NCBI GenBank assembly: GCA_964016885.1
Contig: OZ024741.1
Coordinates: 74,958,001-75,022,000 of the forward strand
DNA length: 64,000 nucleotides
Origin: Eledone cirrhosa
Taxonomy: Eukaryota
Direction of reading: 5' to 3'
Shown: in pieces, positions 1-13,308 of the stretch
Layout of the letters: each line of letters opens with the position of its first letter
Position numbering within the stretch: position 1 is the stretch's first letter
Notes under the pieces: generated by a model
The model's input: only the letters and a program-made list of their open reading frames with translations
The model's database searches: none
Told to the model about the DNA's origin: nothing
Program-made: the position numbers and the translations under genes

Positions 1-107
1 TTTTTGTTTTTTTTACACGCAGAAATGCCCTTTTGTACCGTCCTGTATTGTCCTGTACTGTCCTTAATGTCTACTTTGTGTAAACCCTTGTGGTTAATAA
101 AGAAAGC
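1..107 (+). mobile_element. 3' UTR end of a second copy of the Tx1-clade LINE (continues left of the window)
   Basis: Near-identical to ~8885-8993 (acacgcagaaatgccc...cccttgtggttaataaagaaa) and followed by (ATT)n at 108-149. Confidence 0.92.
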
Positions 108-117
108 ATTATTATTA

Positions 118-147
<30 letters not shown>

Positions 148-149
<2 letters not shown>

Positions 150-1086
150 GTTTTTTGAGTCTCAGTCATTGATGTTAGTTAACTGGAAAGTTTGTTGAAA
201 TGAATATAAAGCCACTACTTGCAGCCTCAGATATTCAGGACGTATCGGAGGGTTCTTGCTGTTCCCAGCAAGCATGCCTTTTGAAGTGTTCCAAAAAGCG
301 GGGCGGGGCCAAATTTCTGGAAACTCCTTGAGATAGTACCTAGTGTGTCTATGACAATCGGCACCACTTTGACCTCATGGCAGTTCCAAATCCTTTTTAC
401 CTCCCACTTTAAGTCCTGGTATCGGTTAATTTTCTCCCTCTCCTTCTCTTGCACTCTCGTGTCGAATGGGCAGGCCACATCCACAATCAGGCACGATCTT
501 TTTTCCTTGTCCAAAACCACCAGGTCAGGTCTATTGTGTTCCAGTTTCTTGTCCGTCTGTATCCTAAAATCCCACAGCACCTTCACATGATCGTTTTCTA
601 TCACCGACTCTGGCTTATGCTCATACCACTTCTCAGAATGTGGTAAATTGTTTACTTTGCATAGGTGCCAGTTGATCACCCTGCCCATCACATCATGTCT
701 CCAGCCTTTATAGTGAGTCTGGGCTAGGTGTTTACACTCAAATACAATGTGAGCCACAGTCTCCTCTCTCTCTCCACAGATCCTGCACAGTGGGCAAGCC
801 TCCTCCTTGTAAATATGGTGTTTCAGCCACTTCGTTTTGAGGGCCTGCTCTTGCGCAGCCATTAGCATTCTTTCTGTAGCCTTTTTAAGGTCTCCTCTTT
901 TCAACCAGTTCCATGTATGTGGATCTCTGAATTCCGTTTTCTCAAAGAATGTACTATGAAAGAATTTTTCATGAAGGCTGCTCTTTCTCCTTGTTGTTAT
1001 TTCCTCCTTGGACATCCCCTGGTCTAGTGTCCTCTCCTTCAGTACAATTCTGAGCATTGGCTCCTTACTATCAGTCACGTATTTGT
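148..1086 (-). mobile_element. 5'-truncated R4/Dong-like non-LTR retrotransposon, copy 1 (CCHC finger + restriction-like endonuclease)
   Basis: ORF 227..1078: CRICGEREETVAHIVFEC, RHD, NRPD..IVDVACP..EKINRY (PD-(D/E)xK RLE). The 3' end runs into (TAA)n on its sense strand, as known for Dong/Rex6-type elements. Confidence 0.88.
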
Positions 1087-1088
1087 AT

Positions 1089-1181
1089 TATTAACTTTGC
1101 CTTTCATCCTTACGGGGTCGATAAAATAAAGTACCAGTAATGCACTGGATAATTGCTGGCCTTGTGCCTAACGAAGAAACA
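1089..1181 (+). mobile_element. 5'-truncated SINE (family A, Meta-domain-like core) with (ATT)n tail at 1182-1213
   Basis: ttaactttgcctttcatccttacggggtcgataaaataaagtaccag...ggccttgtg...agaaacaatt matches full copies at 13834, 40242 and 60361. Confidence 0.88.
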
Positions 1182-1212
<31 letters not shown>

Positions 1213-1214
<2 letters not shown>

Positions 1215-2949
1215 GTTGTTCTTTGAGTCTCAGTCATTGATGTTAGTTAACTGGAAAGTTTGTTGAAAAGAATATCACGCCACTACCTGCAGCCTCAGAT
1301 ATTCAGGATGTATCGGAGGGTTCTTGCTGTTCCTAGCAAGCATGCTTTTGAAGCGTTCCAAAAAGGGTGGCAGGGCCAATTTTCTTTAACCATCCCTGGA
1401 AACCTTTTGAGATAGTACCTAGTGCGCCTATGACAATCGGGACCACTTTGACTTCATGGCAGTTCCAAATCCTTTTTACCTCCCACTTTAAGTCCTGGTA
1501 TCGGTTAATTTTCTCCCTCTCCTTCTCTTGCACTCTCGTGTCGAATGGGCAGGCCACATCCACAATCAGGCACGATCTTTTTTCCTTGTCCAAAACGACC
1601 AGGTCAGGTCTATTGTGTTCCAGTTTCTTGTCCGTCTGTATCCTAAAATCCCACAGCACCTTCACATGATCGTTTTCTATCACCGACTCTGGCTTATGCT
1701 CATACCACTTCTCAGAATGTGATAAATTTTTTACTTTGCATAGGTGCCAGTGGATCACCCTGCCCATCACATCATGTCTCCAGCCCTTATAGTGAGTCTG
1801 GGCTAGGTGTTTACACTCGGATACAATGTGAGCCACAGTCTCCTCTCTCTCTCCACAGATCCTGCACAGTGGGCTAGCCTCCTCCTTGTAAATATGGTGT
1901 TTCAACCACTTCGTTTTGAGGGCCTACTCTTGCGCAGCCATTAGCATTCCTTCTGTAGCCTTTTTAAGGTCTCCTCTTTTCAACCAGTTCCATGTCTGCG
2001 GATCTCTGAATTCAGTTTTCTCAAAGAAGGTACTATGAAGGGATTTTTCATGAAGGCTGTTATTTCCTCCTTGGACATCCCCTGGTCTATTGTCCTCTCC
2101 TTCAGTACAATTCTGAGCATTGGCTCCTTACTATCAGTCACGTATTTGTGTAGGTTGTTTTTCTCCATCTGAACACAGTCCTCTGTGCTGATAAGACCTC
2201 TTCCACCTTCAGATCTCCTTAAGTAGAGTCTATCGACATCACTCCTCTTGTGGAACATGCTGTAGATAGTCAATAGCTTCCTAGTCTTCCTATCCATTTC
2301 TTTTTGTTCAGCAACATTCCATCTCAGAATTCCCGCACTGTACCTAATAACAGACACAGCTCGGGAATTTACTGCACTTATGGCATTCATACTGTTCAGA
2401 TGTGACTTTAATACGCTCCTTATTCTCCGAATGTATTCAGATCTTATCAATTCATTCATTTTTTTTAACTTGATGTCATCAGCCTCCAGAACACCCAAAT
2501 ACTTGTATCCTTCTTCAGTGTCAATTTCCTTTATCATCTCACCTGTTGGTACCTGGATTCCGTTTCTTCTGCTCAATTTACCCCTCTTCATCACAAGAAC
2601 TCCACACTTACTAATACCAAATTGCATACATATATCATTGCTGAAAATACGGACAGTGTCAACAAGCTCATCCAACTCCTTCTCACTCTCCCCGAAGAGC
2701 TTAAGATCGTCCATGAAGAGGAGGTGATTGATGGTAAGCTCTCCCTTTCCCAACTTGTATCCTGCTCTCACTTTTCGCAGTATAATGGTCAGGAGCATCA
2801 GGACAAGGACAAACAACAGAGGGGACAGACTATCTCCCTGGAAGATACCTCTCTTGATCGTCACGCCTTCCAAGGATTCTCCAGCTGATGTTAACTCTGT
2901 TTTCCAGGACTTCATACTTTTGCCCAACAACTGTCTGATGCTATCTGCC

Positions 2950-2952
<3 letters not shown>
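1213..2952 (-). mobile_element. 5'-truncated R4/Dong-like non-LTR retrotransposon, copy 2 (RT C-half, CCHC, RLE; frameshifted)
   Basis: ORF 1980..2960: RGIFQGDSLSPLLF, LFMDDLKL, YKYLG. ORF 1333..1905: CCHC and RLE. Highly similar to copy 1, with (ATT)n on both flanks. Confidence 0.9.
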
Positions 2953-2981
<29 letters not shown>

Positions 2982-3196
2982 TGAATGCCATGGTTGACGG
3001 AGGCTCGGCTCTGTAAGGTATAGTAATTTTTAACCGTTAAAACAATTGTAAATTGTTTAAAACTTGAACCAAATTGTTGATAAAGACACCCTCCTCCTCG
3101 TGAGAGGGGTCTTTCTGTCCGTTATTTGGCCCTTCGGGGTTAAATAACCAGTTATTGGGGTTTTGTACCCAATATTCATTTTAAACAAAAAACAAC

Positions 3197-5275
3197 ATGG
3201 CTACGAAATAGAAATTTCATACGTCACTCCCACTCATTCCGTCTTCTTCTTCCTCAATCATCACTACAGCAGAGAGAAGATTGTCTCTCTCCCTCCCTTC
3301 TTTAAATGTGTCTCTCTCCCTCCCTTCTCTTTCGCAAGTGACGAAAGAAAAGAAAAGTCTCGTGCAAAGCGTGCAAGGTTTCTCCACGACGACGACGACA
3401 GCGACGAAACAGGTGTGCGGGAAATACGAAAACCCAGTTCATTCGTCTGACGTCAGGAATAATAGCAGTAGCAGCCGTAATAACAACAGCAACAGTGACA
3501 ATGAAAACAACAGTAGCAGCCGCAACAGCATCACCAGCAGCATAAACAACAACAGCATTAGCAGCAGCAACACCAACAACAACCACAGCAACAGCGGCGG
3601 AGGCAGTAGTCGTAGTACCTGCAGCAACAACAAAAGTACCAGCAGCTCTGACGACAACAACAACAGCAGAGAAAAACCAATCTCATTTGCAGGTATTGCG
3701 AAAAACTTGGAAACAATCCTCATAACAAATGAGGAATTAGAGGAAGCGAAGAAGATGGTGACAAAGAACGGACACCGAGCAATCTGCAAGGCAGCGAAAA
3801 ATTTTTTCGAAACCCAAGAGCACTGTACGGTCACGTACCGTACAGTAAGTACAAAATCCCGTAGGGTGGAAAGAGCCACAGAGGCCCAAATACCAAAAGC
3901 CTTGGGGTCTGTGTGGCAGCGGAAAACGCACATCACCCGAGGCAAAAAATATGCCACCGTAGACGTACTTTTTGCCACACCCCAGGAGGCAAAGGCCCAA
4001 TCAGTAGTGACCCTAAGGAGCGAGGAAATGGTGTTGGTGCCCTCCTACTGTGGGCAAAAAATTGTGAGGGTCAAACTGACCCACGTCCCCCCCGGAATGA
4101 CCCCTTCTTGGCTGGCCGCGTCTGTCCTCGTCGGAATCGAGGACAAAACAACTGTACTGCAAGTACAGAAAAAAGTAAGAGAAGATTGGGTCGGCTCCTC
4201 CATTGAGATGCTAATCCAAACCAACCAGGAGTGCATCGAAGCTATCCCGGATGTGATAGACTTCGATAACGGCACTCAACTGCCCATAAGTGTTGAGGGC
4301 AAACGCCCGAAATGCTTTCGCTGTGAATCGAAGACTCACCTCAGGGCCTTCTGCAACGAGAAGACCCTGAGAAAGGAGAAAACCCCCCTCCTTCCGAATC
4401 CGGCTCCACGGCTACCAGCAACAGGACAAGCGGCAACCAGGAACGATAGGCCCGTGGCACCCATACCCACTCCACGGAAATCAAAAACAGCAGCAGCAGT
4501 GGAAATACTAACAACAACAACAGCAATACCAAATGCAGCTGCAACAGAGACTCCAGTGCAAACATCACCAACAACAAGTGAAAGAGTGGAGCTGGTACCC
4601 CTCCCCGACCTCACAGAATCAGACATGGAGTGTGAGGTGGGAGAGGGATGGCAAAAGGTCGTAAGAAGGCACAAACGCAGAAACAGCGCATCGTCGCCTT
4701 TGAAAAGGGAGGAAAGAAATGAGAAAAGGGTAAAGTCTACTGCAAAGAGACCCACAGCAGCAACAACACCAACACCATCACCACCCACACTAGCACCACC
4801 ATCACCACCGCCAACAACACCTTTAACACCACCACCACAAGCACCAACATCGCAAACACAACAACAAAACACACACACCCAGCAACAACGACAAGAAAAT
4901 AGTAGAACCACACCCCACCCCCAGAAAAACAAATGCACGGCAATAAATACACACAACAAGAAACTAATGACTTACATAATTGAACACACAGACATTTCAC
5001 AACAGGACTACATAATACCAGCACCAATCAAAACGCCAACTAACATAAGACTGCTAAAAATAGCACAGAAACAATACACAAACACTAAAACGAAATTCCC
5101 CAACGCAGTTGGTGATTTCAGGGACCTAGGAGGAACCATCAATCGAAGAGTATACTCAGACATTCTCTTAGAAGAGCCGACGACCAGCCGAAGGGACGAT
5201 TCAACGGTCCCTTCACCAGACGATCAAGTGAAAAGGGATGTAAAAACCATCCCTCCTCTACCAAAAGTACGGTAA
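3197..5275 (+). pseudogene. Tx1 ORF1 (gag-like nucleic-acid-binding protein) with one in-frame stop at codon 5
   Basis: ATG at 3197 (aacaacATGG) is in frame with track ORF 3281..5275; TAG at 3209-3211. CX2CX4HX4C knuckle CFRCESKTHLRAFC; N/S-rich N-terminal part; P/T/Q-rich C-terminal part. Confidence 0.8.
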
Positions 5276-5310
5276 GTGGTCTTTCCCATCTTTTCCACTC
5301 TATTTTAAAC

Positions 5311-8300
5311 ATGACCTCACTCAGAATAGGCAGTATAAATGCGCGTGGCTTGGGGTCGTCATGGAAGCAGGGTCACCTGCTCAACGACCTCAGGTCACTA
5401 AACATAGATGTAGTGGCCATCAGCGAGACCAGAATCTCCGAAGCACGGGCCTTCGCACCGATCTTCGGCGGCTACGATGTGTACGCATCTCCCAGCCGTC
5501 CTGGATCGGGTGGAGGAGTTGCTGTGCTTTTTCGGAGAGGTTTGGATCTCGCCATACGGGCCATCTTCCTGGACCCAGAGGGTAAGCTGGTGGTGCTGGA
5601 CGTGACCAGCGGAGACGGGCAAGCTTTCAGGCTAGTGGCCGTCTATGCCCCGACAGGAGCAGGGCGGCCTGATTTCTTCCGGCGTCTGGAGACCTTTCTT
5701 GGAACGTCGCGCTCTTTAGTGTTAGTGGGCGACTGGAACGGGATCTTAGATGCACGCTGGGACTGTGTGGGATTAGCGGATAGGGGTGGAGGGTGCAAGA
5801 GCCTCACCAACCTGCTCAGGCGTTTTGAACTGTCTGACAGGTACCGATTGGATTTCCCGAATGTGCCAATGTGGACTTGGACAAACCGCATAGGGTCATC
5901 CAGATCATATCTAGATAGAGTATTTTGTAGGGAAATAGATAGGTCTAGCATAGGCTGTCCACAATTCAAGATAGTCAGCTACACGGACCACAAATTCGTG
6001 ACCTGTGTGCTTGACTTAGATAGGCTTCATAGACGAGGACCCGGCTACTGGAAGCTAAACGCGTCCTTACCAGCGCGCAAGGCCTACAGAGACCGGATTA
6101 GCGAACTAGTTAAGCGGGCGTTGACGGGGGCCATCGTCAACAACAAGTGGTGGTTTGCTCTGAAAAGAGCGATTAGAATAGAATCGATTAGGTTTAGTAA
6201 GGCTTTAGCAATAGAGAAAAATAGAGCAGAGGGAGAACTAGTTAGAAAATTAGACGAGGCGCTTAGCAAAGGCATTGCGACCGACGTGCTTGCGGCGAAA
6301 TTGGCCCTTGACCAATTCTTCAATGCAAAGCACGAAGGCTGCGTTGTCAGAGCTAGGGTGCGTGCTCTCAGACACGAGGGGACGAAAGCCGTTCAATGGG
6401 CCCGAGTGGCGGAGGCGCGTCGTGGCAACAAAGCCACGATCCGGTCTTTGGTGGACCACGACGGGCGCATGCTACTCGATCCCGGGCAAATGTGTGAAGC
6501 TTTTCAGCGACACTTCGCTCAGCTGTTCGGGGGCAGCGGGGGGCCGGGTAGAGGGATGGACTTTAGTGTCTACCTCGACGGACTGCCGCGGCTCTCGGCC
6601 ACTGAGGCGAAGTGTTGCGAAAAGCCGATAACAGCCGCTGAAGTACGGGAGGCAATGACTGGCTGCACAAGGGGTAAATCGCCTGGTTTGGATGGTCTGC
6701 CCTATGAACTTTACGTACAGATGCCAGACTTGTTCGGAGGCCTCTTGGCGGACGTCTACTGCAAATTGGCAACAGAACGGGAGAATTCCCAGTTCTGTGA
6801 GCCGAGGAGCGGTGGCACTGCTGAGAAAGGATCCGAACAAGGGGGATAACATAGACAATTTCCGGCCCATAACTCTGCTAAACACAGAGTTTAAGATTTT
6901 GGCCAAAGTGCTAGCAAAGAGGTTGGCGCTTGTCGTTGGTGGTCTGGTGGGAGAGGCGCAGACATGCGCCATTCCCGACAGATCCATCCACGACAACCTC
7001 CACCTCATGCGATACATCGTAGAGAGGGTAGCTAGGGAACCTGGCACGGGTGGGTCCTTGATCAATTTAGATCAGTCGAAAGCTTTCGATAGGGTCGACC
7101 ATCGTTACCTAGCGGCAGTCCTGAGGGCGGCTGGCTTTGGGCCCGTCTTCAGAGGCTGGATCGCTGCCATGCACAGCGACATCTGCTCTGTGGTGAGAGT
7201 GAACGGTCACCTGTCGGAACCGTTCAACATCATGCGCTCGGTCCGCCAAGGATGTCCCCTCTTGTCCCTCTTGTACGTATTGACTCTCGAGCCATTACTG
7301 CACAAACTGGAGACGTTGAGGGGAGTCCCGCGCGAACTAGGATGCGGAAGATCCGTGTCAGCATATGCGGACGATGTCACCGTAGTGGTGTCGAACGCCA
7401 AACACATCGAGGCGATCGGCACTACACTAAGAGAATACGAAGCGGTGACAGGAGCAATGATCAACCAGGAAAAGTCAGTGGGCCTGCAGCTCGGCACCTG
7501 GAGAGGCAGGTCCATGCCGTCCAACAGCGTCGTCGGGCGCTGGACGGACGGACCGGTTAAATTGCTAGGGGTCTGGTTCGGTCCGGACCTCCAGACGGAC
7601 AAAAACTGGGACGAGGTGACGAGCAGGGTGGCTTCTCTCACCCAGAAATGGGCGGAGAGGAAGCTATCCCTGAAAGGTCGAGCGGAGGTGGCTAACGCGT
7701 ACATCGCGTCTGTCATCTGCTACCGCCTAACCGTCGTACCTTGTCCTAAGCCTCGCCTGACTGCGCTGGAGCGTTTGCTCTTTCGCTTTTTGTGGAAGGG
7801 ACGTGCTCCGATGGTCAGGCGGTCCATCTGTTGTCAACACCCGCTACGTGGAGGGCTGGGCATGCCGTGGCTGATGATGCGCAGGCACGCGCTCAGGCTA
7901 CGACATCTCCACCTCTTCCTCGACGGTGATCAGGTGTGGTCGCCGTTTGCTAGACGCGTTTTTCCCCAGCTCGTTTCCTTGACGGAGCTGCAGTCCTGGG
8001 TCAAGCGAAGACCGAGAGGGAGCGCCTGGAGACTGGAATGTCTTCAGGCGCTCACAGCCCTCGACCAATCGGGCAATGTGATCGGTGGAAACTCCACCTC
8101 GGCGTTCTATAGAGGATTAGTGGAGGGGAAGAGCGACGACGTACTTGGGGAAACTCTAGGCGTCGACGAAAATCAACTAGCCAATCTCTTCGGAAGAACT
8201 TTCGGGCCAGGGCCTATGGGCAACTTCCAGAAATCTCTGGCCTGGCAGTGCTACCGAGGAGCCTTGCCAGTTCGGGATAAACTCTACAGGCATGGAGGTG

Positions 8301-8731
8301 CCGTCAGCCGGGCATGTCCGAGATGCGCGCAGGGCGACGAAACCGTCCTGCACGCATTCGTCCAGTGTCCGAAAATTGCTGACTTGTGGGTTTATGTCGA
8401 ACACCTGCTGTCGCGTTTAGGACGGATCCAGCTATCATCTGAGTCTATCGTGAGGATTGCCCCGCCCTCCTCCTTTAGCCGGGAAGGGCAGGCAGTTTTT
8501 ATCTGTCTGGTGGCCATGGCGAAAGAGATAGTATGGTGGACACGTTTGAAAGGGCTGAAGACGAGCACTTACCTCTTCGGTGATGCTCTGATTGACTTTT
8601 TCAAATTTCATTTGAAAAGGAAAATCAGAGTAGAGAAGGAAGTGCTCTCTTCCCAGCATTTTGTTGAAAGATGGGTGAGAGAAGCAAGAATGGCCCGAGT
8701 GAATGGGCCGACTCTGAGTATATATCTGTAA
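5311..8731 (+). pseudogene. Tx1 ORF2 (APE endonuclease, reverse transcriptase, CCHC) with one frameshift near 6765
   Basis: APE: SINARG, ISETR, GGGVA, VYAP, GDWN, YLD, TDH. RT: PGLDGLP, FRPITLLN, DQSKAFDRV, RQGCPL, YADD. C-terminal CPRC..ETVLHAFVQC. Split between track ORFs 5311..6849 and 6692..8731. Confidence 0.93.
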
Positions 8732-8991
8732 ATTAAAGGTGGAAAACTGGGAGAGGGCACTTGCCTTGGTGGTCAGGGTCATTGTGGCTTTTTACTGGGC
8801 TTTCTCCACAAATGTCCCTCCGAAGTCTCCCCCCTATTGGGGAATTTTTCATTGTTATTTTCATTGTTATTTTTGTTACATCCTCTGTTTTTGTTTTTTT
8901 ACACGCAGAAATGCCCATTTGTACCGTCCTGCATTGTCCTGCACTGTCCTTAATGTCTACTTTATGTAAACCCTTGTGGTTAATAAAGAAA

Positions 8992-9045
<54 letters not shown>

Positions 9046-9046
<1 letters not shown>

Positions 9047-10205
9047 TGGATGTAGGGTTAAGGCGCATTCTATTGTTTGTATCACAGGAGAGTTTAATTT
9101 TAGAGAGCTTACTGTGGTTGCTGAGTGATATGTGGTCCGCTAAGTTTGGGGTTGTGGAGTAAGAGATTTTAATATTATTTTTGTTAATGATCTTATGGTA
9201 CTTATGGTTGGTTGGGAAGTTTTTCTCCAAGATGCCGAAGAAGATTTTAGGTATATTAGAGGTAACGGTCTTGGAGTACGGAGGAAGATACCATGAAATA
9301 TTATGGCAGTGTCTTCTACGTGGTGCTCTGAAGTTGGCGCGGTCATTAATGCCATAATGGGTGTTATTCCTGCTGCTACCAAGACCGGGCCATTTGAACC
9401 CTCCGTCCCTATTTGCCTTATTCGTTCCTATACCGTTGAAAAAGTTAGCAGGCGTGATTCCAGACTTATTAGTAAGTGTAGGTAGCAGCCCATCCCCATT
9501 ATTGCGTCTATAAACAGGGAATATATCTAGGTTGGTTGCTTCGATTTTATTTGTGGAGTATGGTTGCTTATTATAACTGGACCTAGCTATTTTATTACTA
9601 TGGTGATATTTCTTAGAGCTATTCATGTTATCCAATCTATTTTTATTATTCCTATCGTTAGTAATGTTACTGTGTCGGGCGATTATGTTATTACGATTGT
9701 GTGAGATATTAATAAATTTAATATCCTGGATGTAAGAGATCTTATTATTATAGACTGACGCTATCAGTGCACTTTTATAGTACTCTGCAGTGCTGTTAAA
9801 TATGTCCCCATTGGCTGAAAGCCTTGAGATTCTATGAGAGACGCTCTTCACTATAGAGTTGAGGATGGAAGGAGGGTGGTTAGATGATTTATTAATGTAA
9901 GAAAGCACTTCACCAGGCTTATGGTATGGTCGGTATAGGCCTATGTCTAGTTCTAATGTTACATCTGGGAAGTTAACTATCTTATGGTTAGGGTCAATGG
10001 TTACCGAAAGGCCGTTTGTTTTAAAGAACTTGTGTATATGTTTACTAAGATTTTCAATTCTACGGGGATTGTTATTTTTTACAGTAAATAGAGCGCCATC
10101 TCTATATAAATCTCCCTGGAGTGCCGGGATTTCTTCTCTAAGTCTGTTCAGAGGTAGATGCCAACAAGGTCAGTTACCTGGGCAGAGTCACTCGACCCCA
10201 TCGTG
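9046..10205 (-). mobile_element. Penelope-like element fragment (RT C-half, thumb, Asn-rich linker)
   Basis: Minus-strand translation gives MGSSDSAQVTDLVGIYL, LYRDG (decayed YRDD), VNFPDVTL, YHKP, SNHPPSI, ISWYLPPYS, IKISYSTTPNL, typical of Penelope-type RT. Cut at the (ATT)n at 9045. Confidence 0.85.
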
Positions 10206-10429
10206 ATATCAAAGTTAAACAAAGCAAACGACACAGAACAATGAAGAAATATATTAGTTTAACGCTTGAAATAATAGGAAAAGAGTCTTAATGTTTCAGA
10301 AACTAGTCTTTCATCAGAAGATAGAATGAGAAATAAAAGATGAAATAAAAAGAATGAGAATGAGAGGAAGGAATGAGAAAAAAAAATGAGAAAAAAACAC
10401 ACGTGCGTATTCAGACATATATGTGGGTG

Positions 10430-10430
<1 letters not shown>
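10206..10430 (-). mobile_element. Short hammerhead-bearing repeat / PLE pseudo-LTR (family H1)
   Basis: Minus strand tctt-CTGATGA-aagactagtttct-GAAAC near 10283-10325; homologous to 48660-48846 and 55600-56070. Confidence 0.6.
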
Positions 10431-11705
<1,275 letters not shown>

Positions 11706-12185
11706 ATGCCTTGCGGAGGTGTGGATTACGATTATGTTTATAATTTAAAAAAAAAAAAAATGTCAGTTTTTAAAACCGGCAGTTGTCTGTGGTCTTAAAA
11801 CAAAAGGTTACGGATATACTCATATGATGAAGCCTACGAGAAGCCCTCTCGCTAAGTGGTCCACCCTACTTGGTAACTAGAAATAACAGCTGCACTTTTG
11901 CACTGTAATTCTTATTCTTTTAGTAGTACCAGTCATTCGACATCGACCAATATGTCCCTGAATACACATACTAGCAATTGGCAAATAGTGATATGTGAAG
12001 AAAAGGTTATGACGTAACAAAAACATTTACTATGAAGGTTAACATAATATATTACACCGTTATATCAAATATCAACCAAGATATAAAAAATTTAGATATG
12101 CGATAAACATAACATGTAGTGCATATACAAATAGATGGTGTTTCGGTGGTTTGGGGAGAAAAATATAATTATTCCACCGCCCCTG

Positions 12186-12320
12186 TCATATCGACATAAC
12201 TTTGATTGGTTTCGGCCAGTATTGGCACAGGCCTTGTCTAATTAAATAGCACAAACTGGCTACTTTCTTATTAAGCCTGGTATTTATTTTATTCATCTCT
12301 TTTTGCCAAACCTCCATGTT
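12186..12320 (-). mobile_element. CR1-like LINE 3' end fragment
   Basis: Reverse complement matches the 3' UTR at ~43640-43705 (gccaatactggccgaaacc..tcaaagttat). Confidence 0.6.
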
Positions 12321-12576
12321 ATATGACATAAACCCAGGCACATGCACAAACGTAAACATAGACACGAACATAAACTTCACTTCCTCTTACATACATATCT
12401 ATTGTCATCATTGTTTTACGCATATTTACCACGCTGACATGGGTTGGATGGGTTGTCACGGTTCGTGACTGTACAAGATCAGAAGGGACCAGATTTTGCA
12501 CATACATTCCATTTTTGGTGTGATTTCTCTAGTTGGATGCTCTTCGAAATGTGAAGCACCGTACAGGAACTGTCGT

Positions 12577-12738
12577 GGAACTGGCACAACCACTTTAGAA
12601 GGGGATGAGGGACAATGTATAATGGAACTGGCACAACCACTTTAGAAGGAGATGAGGGACAATGTATAATGGAACTGGCACAACCACTTTAGAAGGGGAT
12701 GAGGGACAATGTATAATGGAACCAGCACTACAACTTTA
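12577..12738 (+). repeat. 47-bp tandem repeat, 3 copies plus a partial fourth
   Basis: ggaactggcacaaccactttagaaggggatgagggacaatgtataat starts at 12577, 12624, 12671 and (partial) 12718, with no spacers. Confidence 0.95.
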
Positions 12739-13308
12739 CAAAATGTAGTGGGTATTTTTTATCATGAAACCAACGTCAGGGAGGTGATTGTGATCTCAGT
12801 AAAACAAGGGGATCGAATAATAGGAGAGGGCGTGACGGTGGAGATAGTGTGACGGGAGCACATATTTATAGCTGAGAGAGAGAGAGAGAAGCAGAAGAAG
12901 TGGGGAGATCCAGAGCAAGTCTGGCAGAGGGTGGTGTGGTTAAGAATAGACATAGGGAGGAGCGATGGCTGGAAGAACAAGGTGACAGGGGAAAAGGATT
13001 AAATGAAGGTATCACACGTAGATATATAATAATTTAGATGAGTTGATAACACAACCATAGCAAAGAATAATTAAAAGCTCAGATGTGATTTTATAGTCCT
13101 CGGCAAGTGTAATAAATCAAAATACTGTTAAATTATCGTTCTCCGCCACACCTAATTTAGTTGAATATTTGGCTTTGAATAACAATAAAAAATTAATCTT
13201 ATATAAACTAGAACATACAACTCCTCTACATAATAATAAACAATCTAACTGTTCTGCAGATTTAGATAATGAATATAACAATAGTAGTAATATTATTGTA
13301 GATAAGAA

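Larger units (their letters stand above)
2983..8993 (+). mobile_element. Full-length Tx1-clade (L1-group) non-LTR retrotransposon
   Basis: 5' UTR, ORF1 with zinc knuckle, ORF2 APE-RT-CCHC, 3' UTR with AATAAA. Bounded by (ATT)n at 2953-2982 and 8994-9045. Confidence 0.92.

Noticed and set aside
3302-8782. Minus-strand and alternate-frame ORFs over the Tx1 element
   Set aside because: Shadow ORFs of GC-rich or low-complexity coding sequence with no motifs.
8733-9908. 391-aa ORF as a single gene
   Set aside because: Chimeric read-through of a PLE fragment, the (AAT)n run and the antisense Tx1 3' UTR.
12577-12738. 47-bp repeats as a CRISPR array
   Set aside because: Head-to-tail repeats without unique spacers, no cas genes, eukaryotic context.
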